From IMG/VR virus record IMGVR_UViG_3300044715_000866: a stretch of 64,000 nucleotides of DNA; one strand, 5' to 3'. This DNA is from a virus (Duplodnaviria > Heunggongvirae > Uroviricota > Caudoviricetes). The notes beneath the pieces were generated by a model that had not been told where the DNA came from, searched no databases, and saw only the letters and a program-made list of their open reading frames with translations. This document shows, in pieces, positions 57,851 through 64,000 of the stretch (position 1 is its first letter; the number at the start of each line of letters is the position of its first letter). The position numbers and the translations under genes are program-made.

Positions 57851-59671
57851 ATGTCAAAAATATTAAAAATTAGCCAAGGTGATTACATAGTTCAAGTACC
57901 TTCTGGTAAAAAAATTACGTTAGATACTGATTCGTTACATGTTACCGGTAATATCGTTGTTGAAGGCACTACTACTGAAATCCAAACGACGAATACTACT
58001 ATTGCTGATAATATAATCGTTTTAAATAAAGGTGAAGTAGGTCCCGGAATTACAAAAGCTGCCGACCAATCTGGTTTTGAAATTGATCGTGGAACATCTA
58101 ACGGATTACCTAGCGGATTAAAATTATCTGCAAGTTTAATATTTGACGAATCATTATCTGCATTTGTATTAAACACTACTTCTAACACAACTACTACCTT
58201 AACTAATTTATATGCAAATACTGCTAATTTAAATAAAGTCTCGAGTAACGACGTAGGCATTACTCTTAGTTTAACAAATGATAACACTACAGTAACTATA
58301 GAAACACCAAATTCAGCTACTGATTATCATAATCGTACCTTAGTTTCTAACAGCATTGTAACTAAACAATATCTTGAAAATTATGTTGAAGCAGACAGTG
58401 GTCGTGCTATTGTTAGTCAACTTTTGCAAACAGCAGGAACTGTTACTAATTCACAAGTTCTAGCAACTGCAGACGCAATTGAATTTTATGTTGGCGAAAC
58501 AGACAGTGTTAAAAATTTAATTGGAAAAATACTAATCGATGGAATTTATATTGACCAAATACAAAGTATAACAGGTGATACTGTATTTTTTGTATCAAAT
58601 ATCGAAAGTGCATATAATTTAACACTTACCGGTAATGTGGATATTATAGGTGATGCTAACCGAGACATTACACTTACAACAGATGGCACTGGTGTTATTA
58701 CTCTTACATCAGGAACTACAGGTACAATTAACAATGTAGATATTGGGTTAACTACTCCTGGTAACAGTAAATTTAATAACTTGCAAGTAACTACTTCAGC
58801 TACTCTTCCATCAGGTCCAACAACTGGTGCCGGTGGTCGTCCAACTAATGCTGCTGCAGGTAACATACGATATAACACAACTATTAAATCGTTTGAAGGA
58901 TTTAACGGTACATTATGGGGTACTGTAGGCGGCGGTTTACAATCAAGTCCAGGAATTGAAACAAGCAATTATACTGCATTATCAAATAATTTAGTTAGAG
59001 CAAATTCAACAGCTGGTGGGTTTACAATTACACTACCAGATGCACCAAATGACGGCGATGTTGTTGGTATTATTGATGTTGCAAATACATTTGGTATTAG
59101 CGGTAAAGAAGTAACAGTTGTTCCGGGCGCAGTTGGCACAATTGAAGGTACTACTGATGTAGTTTTAGACTTAGAAGGTACATTTGTATCATTTGTGTAT
59201 ATTGCAGCAGTTACTAACTGGAAGTTAGAACAAACACCAACCGGACCAAGCAGCGGATCTGCAGGATTAACTATTTCAAATAGTCGAGTTGTTTCTCGAG
59301 TTACAACAGCAACTGCTACACCTACTGCATTGACATTTGACGGCGAAGTGCCAAGTGCAACTAATCAACTAATTTTACCAAACGACAGCACTTATACATT
59401 TTCAATTTTAGTAACCGCAAGACGGACAGATGCAGATAACGAGTCTGCAGGCTATAAATTTGAAGGAGTGATTGATCGTAATACTATTGCAGCAACAACT
59501 AATTTTGTCGGAGTACCGATTAAAACTGTGCTAGCAGAAGATTCGGCTTTGTGGGATTGTGTTATTTCAGAAGATACCGTTAACGGTGGATTACGAATTA
59601 CAGTTACTGGCGAAGCAAATAAAACAATTAAATGGGTAGCAGTATGCAATACCGCAGAAGTTACTGGATAA
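57851..59671 (+). CDS. Tail-fibre-like virion protein
   Basis: L.VTGNIVVEGTTT.I.TTNTTIADN.I.LN.GE, G.IRYNTT...FEG.NG..W and FTITLP.AP.DGD.V motifs typical of fibre proteins. Confidence 0.65.
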   Translation: MSKILKISQGDYIVQVPSGKKITLDTDSLHVTGNIVVEGTTTEIQTTNTTIADNIIVLNKGEVGPGITKAADQSGFEIDRGTSNGLPSGLKLSASLIFDESLSAFVLNTTSNTTTTLTNLYANTANLNKVSSNDVGITLSLTNDNTTVTIETPNSATDYHNRTLVSNSIVTKQYLENYVEADSGRAIVSQLLQTAGTVTNSQVLATADAIEFYVGETDSVKNLIGKILIDGIYIDQIQSITGDTVFFVSNIESAYNLTLTGNVDIIGDANRDITLTTDGTGVITLTSGTTGTINNVDIGLTTPGNSKFNNLQVTTSATLPSGPTTGAGGRPTNAAAGNIRYNTTIKSFEGFNGTLWGTVGGGLQSSPGIETSNYTALSNNLVRANSTAGGFTITLPDAPNDGDVVGIIDVANTFGISGKEVTVVPGAVGTIEGTTDVVLDLEGTFVSFVYIAAVTNWKLEQTPTGPSSGSAGLTISNSRVVSRVTTATATPTALTFDGEVPSATNQLILPNDSTYTFSILVTARRTDADNESAGYKFEGVIDRNTIAATTNFVGVPIKTVLAEDSALWDCVISEDTVNGGLRITVTGEANKTIKWVAVCNTAEVTG

Positions 59672-59702
59672 AAATAAACCGTATATCAACAAGGAATTTT
59701 AA

Positions 59703-62700
59703 ATGTCAAAAAATCTTTCAAACATTCTAAAAGGAGGAACTCTTCCAGTTATTCACGGAGGTACTGGCGTAACAGTATCAACTGGTACCGGAAGTGTTGT
59801 ATTAAATACAAGTCCTTCATTAGTTACTCCTGACATAGGTATTGCGACTGCTACTTCAATTAATAAAGTAATGTTTACTCAACCAACCGGTAATGCGACG
59901 TTGACTATTGCAAATAATAAAGTATTAACTGTAAGCAACACTATATCATTTACTGGCACTGATTCAGCTGCAGTTGAAGTTAGTACCGGGGGAACAGTAA
60001 CTTATACGAAAGATAAATTATCAGTATTTTCAACTACTACATCAGCTGAGTTAGCAGGTGTTATTTCAGACGAGACTGGTTATGTTGCTGGTGCAATATT
60101 AATGTTTAACGACAGTCCTACAATTAAAAACTCAATTGTTACTACGTCAACTAGTTTTGATTTACTCAATACTAACGCAACTACTGTAAACTTTGCAAGT
60201 GCTGCAGGAACTATTAGCATTGGTGCATCCGGTACTGGAACTACAACAATTAATCATAATTTACAAGTAGCTGGTGATATTTTCTTTAATGGTACTGCAA
60301 GTCAGTTAAGTGCATCAACTATTGAAGTAACTGACACATTAGTAATGTTGGCTAAAAATAACCCGGGTGATATTGTAGATGTTGGTTGGTATGCGTCTTA
60401 TATTGCAACTGCAACAGGTGTAAAAACATATACCGGTTTAGTAAGAGATGCTAGTGAATCTGATAGATCGTGGAAATTGTTTAGCGGAACAATTACTGCA
60501 CCGTCAACTACAATTGATTTTGGTAATGCAGTCTATGATAACTTAAAAATAGCTGCATTAACTGCAACCACTGGTAACTTTTCCGGACAAATAACATCAA
60601 CTCTTGCACAAGGTACTGCACCATTTTCAGTTGTGTCAACTACCCCTGTTACTAATTTAAGCATTGGCGGAAATGCTGCAACTGTTACTACAAATGCAAA
60701 TATGACAGGACCAATTACAGGTACCGGCAATGTTACATCTATTACAAGTCAAACCGGTACAGGTACTAAATTTGTAATGGATACTAGTCCAGTTCTAATT
60801 ACACCTACTATTGGTGTTGCTACTGCTACATCAATAAACGGGTTAACACTTACTGCATCAACCGGTACATTAACTATTGCAACTGATAAAGTATTAACCG
60901 TAAGCAATACATTAACCTTTACTGGTACTGATACATCATCTGTAGCATTTGGCGCAGGTGGAACAGTAGCATACACAGGCGGCACAGGTACTAAATTATC
61001 ATCATTTGCTGCAACAACTTCAGATGAATTAGCAAGTGTTATTTCAGATGAAACCGGTACAGGTAAATTAGTATTTGCAAATACTCCTACATTAATTACT
61101 CCAGCAATTGGTGCTGCAACTGGTACATCAGTAGTACTAACAAGTGATTCTACAATTAATGGATTAACAATCGGGTTAGGCGGAAGCAACGTTGCATCTA
61201 ATACTGTTATTGGTTTTTCTGCATTTAGTGGTAATACAACAGGCACATCAAACATTGCGATTGGTATGCAATCGCTGTATGGATCAACAACTGCTAATGT
61301 AAACACATCAGTTGGTTCTCAATCAATGCAAAATGTGCAAGACGGTAGTGCAAACGTTGGGATAGGTGCTGGGACATTATATTCTAACACATCAGGTGCA
61401 CAAAACACTGCAATTGGTGCATTTGCAGGGTACGGATCTAACGGAGTTAACGCAAACACTACTGGAACAAACAATGTATATGTAGGGTATAGTACTATAG
61501 GTTCTGCAATTGACAATACAAACGAAATTGTAATTGGTTCACTTGCAGTAGGGTTAGGGTCTAATTCAACAGTACTTGGTACAACAAGTACAACTACTGC
61601 AACTATTTACGGTGCATTATCGATACCTAATACTACTGCATCGTCTAGTTCAATAACCGGTGCATTAAAAGTTGCAGGCGGAGTTGGAATTGGCGGTAAT
61701 TTATATGTTGAAGGAAACTTATCTGTAAACGGGTTAATCACTACGATTAATTCTACTACAATTACAGTTGACGATAAAAATCTTGAATTAGGATCAACTG
61801 CGTCACCAACTGACGTAACTGCAGACGGTGGCGGCATTACGTTAAAAGGGTTAACTGATAAAACATTTACATGGAGTGCTGCATCAAATAGTTGGGTAAG
61901 TAACGTTGGTATTACTGCATCAAGCATTCAAAATACCCCAATTGGATCTACAACTGCTAGTTCAGGAAACTTTACAGGTATTACTGTTGAAAATGGTGGA
62001 TCCTTAATTTTAAAAGAAACATCATTAAATGGTATCAACTATATTAGCATTAAATCTCCAGATAGTTTAGCTGCAGATTACACAATAACGTTACCTACTA
62101 CTGTCGGTACAGCTGGACAAGTACTATCAACTGACGGTAATGGTGCATTAACGTTTGTTGACTCTGATGTGTTTGGTGGTAACGTTGTGTACGTATCAGA
62201 ATCTAAAGGTAATGATCTAAATGACGGGTTATCTTTACCAGTTAGAACAATTAAACGCGCATTACAAATTGCATCTGGAATGGTTTACAATTCGTTAGGT
62301 GCAGTAAACCGTATACGTGCCGTTGTTTCAGTAGCTGCAGGCAACTATGTTGAAAACAATCCAGTTATTATTCCTGATAATGTTAGTGTAGAAGGCGCAG
62401 GGTTAAGAGCATGTGTTATTCGTCCGTTAAACGCAAACAAAGATATGTTTAGACTTAGAAACGGTGGATATTTTGCGCAATTTACATTTAGAGATGGGAT
62501 AACTGCATCTGGTGTAGCATCGTATACTTGGGCGTATGCATTTGCATTTGATGATGTATTTGATACGCAATGTGATCGTACTGGGTATATTAACTTACCA
62601 AGTAACAGACCAACGATGACATTGTCGCCATATGTTCAAAACTGTTCTATTATTAGTTTCTTAGGCGGTAACGGTGCATATGTTGACGGAAGTAAGGTTG

Positions 62701-64000
62701 CTAATCCAAACGTTCCGACTAGCTTATTAGAAGTTGAAGTAAACCCTGCAGGTGCTGCACCTGTACAGTGTAAATCAATGATTGCAAATGCGTTTACTAT
62801 GATTAGTTTTGGCGGTACAGGATGGCGTGTTACAAATGATGCGTATGTTCAGTTAGTATCATGTTTCCAATTATTCTTACTAAATGGTGTTTATGCACAA
62901 AGCGGTGGTTATACGTCTATTACTAACTCTGCAACTAACTTTGGTAAGTACGCATTGCGATCTTCAGGCTATTCGCCTATTGCATACCCATACGATAAAG
63001 GTTTTGTATCCGCTGTTGGATCATCTGGAAGTATTCAAACAGTTACTGCAATTGGTTTTACAAGACCAGATGGTCCAGTTGAACAATATGTTATTAGAAT
63101 ATACGATAATAACGCATTTACTTACAACGTAGCAATTTGCCAACGAGATATTGGTTTTATTATTGATGCAATTGGTTACGATATGATGTTTGGCGGTAAC
63201 TTTAGATCAATTAAAGCTGCAATGACATATTATTCAACGCAAGCTGCAAACGTAGTTGGTGTTCAAAAAACTGCAACAATTGCAGGATTTACGTATTTAC
63301 GAGACTATGTTGCTAATGCAGTTAATGGTGATCCAATAGCCGGAGCATCTATTATTGCTAATATGAATACAATTAATGATATTGTTAATAACGGGTTGTC
63401 AGTAGTACCTGCATCAGTAATACCGGAACCATCTAACATCGATCCTGGTTTTTCAGATGCTGCTAGGTTACTTGCTGGTAATAAATTATTCTTACAAGCT
63501 GAAATAATAGCATTTATGTCGTCAACTTACACTGCATTATGGAGTAGTTTAACTGCACCGCAACGCTTGTTATGCCAACGCGATGTAGGATATATGGTTG
63601 ATGCAATACAATATGATTTAATATACGCATGTAACTTAGAAACAACTGTAATTGGAAGACTGTATTATAATCGATTAACTAACACTTTTGTAGAGAACGC
63701 TGGAGAAAAAACTGCAGCATTGGATGTAGTTTTAAGATTACGTGCAATTGTTGAATATATTGTAACAAACAATACTGCAGGCTGGACAAAATCAGCTGGC
63801 AATGCAGCATCACAATTTATTAGTGGAACTGCTGCAACTCCTGGAGCAGTTACTTTTGCAAAGGCACGTTTCCAAGAAATATATGATACTATTAATACAG
63901 GTACAGAAACTGCAGTAGCAATATTGCCAGATACAACATGGGTAGTTGATGCTAACTTAGTTACACAATTTAACATTTTACAAACAACAAAAGACGCAAT
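59703..64000 (+). CDS. Long tail fibre/tailspike (>1430 aa, 3' end outside window) with internal duplication, NTAIG-type repeats and a pectin-lyase-like beta-helix region
   Basis: Absent from the track because there is no stop in the window. ATG at 59703 (MSKNLSNILKGG), and the same frame is open at the right edge (VTQFNILQTTKDA). Motif VYVSESKGND.NDG....RTI..AL...V..GNY.ENNP..IP.NVSV.G.GLR. Confidence 0.8.
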   Translation, partial: MSKNLSNILKGGTLPVIHGGTGVTVSTGTGSVVLNTSPSLVTPDIGIATATSINKVMFTQPTGNATLTIANNKVLTVSNTISFTGTDSAAVEVSTGGTVTYTKDKLSVFSTTTSAELAGVISDETGYVAGAILMFNDSPTIKNSIVTTSTSFDLLNTNATTVNFASAAGTISIGASGTGTTTINHNLQVAGDIFFNGTASQLSASTIEVTDTLVMLAKNNPGDIVDVGWYASYIATATGVKTYTGLVRDASESDRSWKLFSGTITAPSTTIDFGNAVYDNLKIAALTATTGNFSGQITSTLAQGTAPFSVVSTTPVTNLSIGGNAATVTTNANMTGPITGTGNVTSITSQTGTGTKFVMDTSPVLITPTIGVATATSINGLTLTASTGTLTIATDKVLTVSNTLTFTGTDTSSVAFGAGGTVAYTGGTGTKLSSFAATTSDELASVISDETGTGKLVFANTPTLITPAIGAATGTSVVLTSDSTINGLTIGLGGSNVASNTVIGFSAFSGNTTGTSNIAIGMQSLYGSTTANVNTSVGSQSMQNVQDGSANVGIGAGTLYSNTSGAQNTAIGAFAGYGSNGVNANTTGTNNVYVGYSTIGSAIDNTNEIVIGSLAVGLGSNSTVLGTTSTTTATIYGALSIPNTTASSSSITGALKVAGGVGIGGNLYVEGNLSVNGLITTINSTTITVDDKNLELGSTASPTDVTADGGGITLKGLTDKTFTWSAASNSWVSNVGITASSIQNTPIGSTTASSGNFTGITVENGGSLILKETSLNGINYISIKSPDSLAADYTITLPTTVGTAGQVLSTDGNGALTFVDSDVFGGNVVYVSESKGNDLNDGLSLPVRTIKRALQIASGMVYNSLGAVNRIRAVVSVAAGNYVENNPVIIPDNVSVEGAGLRACVIRPLNANKDMFRLRNGGYFAQFTFRDGITASGVASYTWAYAFAFDDVFDTQCDRTGYINLPSNRPTMTLSPYVQNCSIISFLGGNGAYVDGSKVANPNVPTSLLEVEVNPAGAAPVQCKSMIANAFTMISFGGTGWRVTNDAYVQLVSCFQLFLLNGVYAQSGGYTSITNSATNFGKYALRSSGYSPIAYPYDKGFVSAVGSSGSIQTVTAIGFTRPDGPVEQYVIRIYDNNAFTYNVAICQRDIGFIIDAIGYDMMFGGNFRSIKAAMTYYSTQAANVVGVQKTATIAGFTYLRDYVANAVNGDPIAGASIIANMNTINDIVNNGLSVVPASVIPEPSNIDPGFSDAARLLAGNKLFLQAEIIAFMSSTYTALWSSLTAPQRLLCQRDVGYMVDAIQYDLIYACNLETTVIGRLYYNRLTNTFVENAGEKTAALDVVLRLRAIVEYIVTNNTAGWTKSAGNAASQFISGTAATPGAVTFAKARFQEIYDTINTGTETAVAILPDTTWVVDANLVTQFNILQTTKDA

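Noticed and set aside
1-64000. Stop-codon reassignment (recoded phage)
   Set aside because: Standard code gives full-length conserved genes, and TAG and TGA both end genes at sensible positions (53812, 51970).

Overview
AT-rich, densely coding, standard-code fragment of a large T4-like (contractile-tail) phage genome. 1-35906 (minus strand): baseplate and fibre operon with a >2150-aa Ig/Calx-beta-repeat fibre running off the left edge, three paralogous fibre/collar proteins, an S8 protease, a gp9-like repeat protein, a 4117-aa wedge protein, and gp6, gp25, gp5-like, gp53 and gp48/54-like genes. 35976-44690: nucleic-acid cassette with gp55 late sigma, gp47/gp46 (Mre11/Rad50), a GIY-YIG endonuclease, a resolvase-like PD-(D/E)XK nuclease, two paralogous His-Me-like proteins and RNase HI. 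It is followed by the only long non-coding gap (about 680 bp), which holds a predicted multi-stem RNA, an AT-rich tract and a hairpin cluster. 44698-64000: gp26-like hub chaperone with a clear -1 frameshift signal into an unannotated start-less ORF, a tape-measure-like gene, portal, protease, scaffold, major capsid, and fibre genes running off the right edge. Top leads are the RNase H-linked structured RNA/origin-like locus and the gpG/gpGT-like frameshift. All family assignments are by motif recognition; no database search was run.
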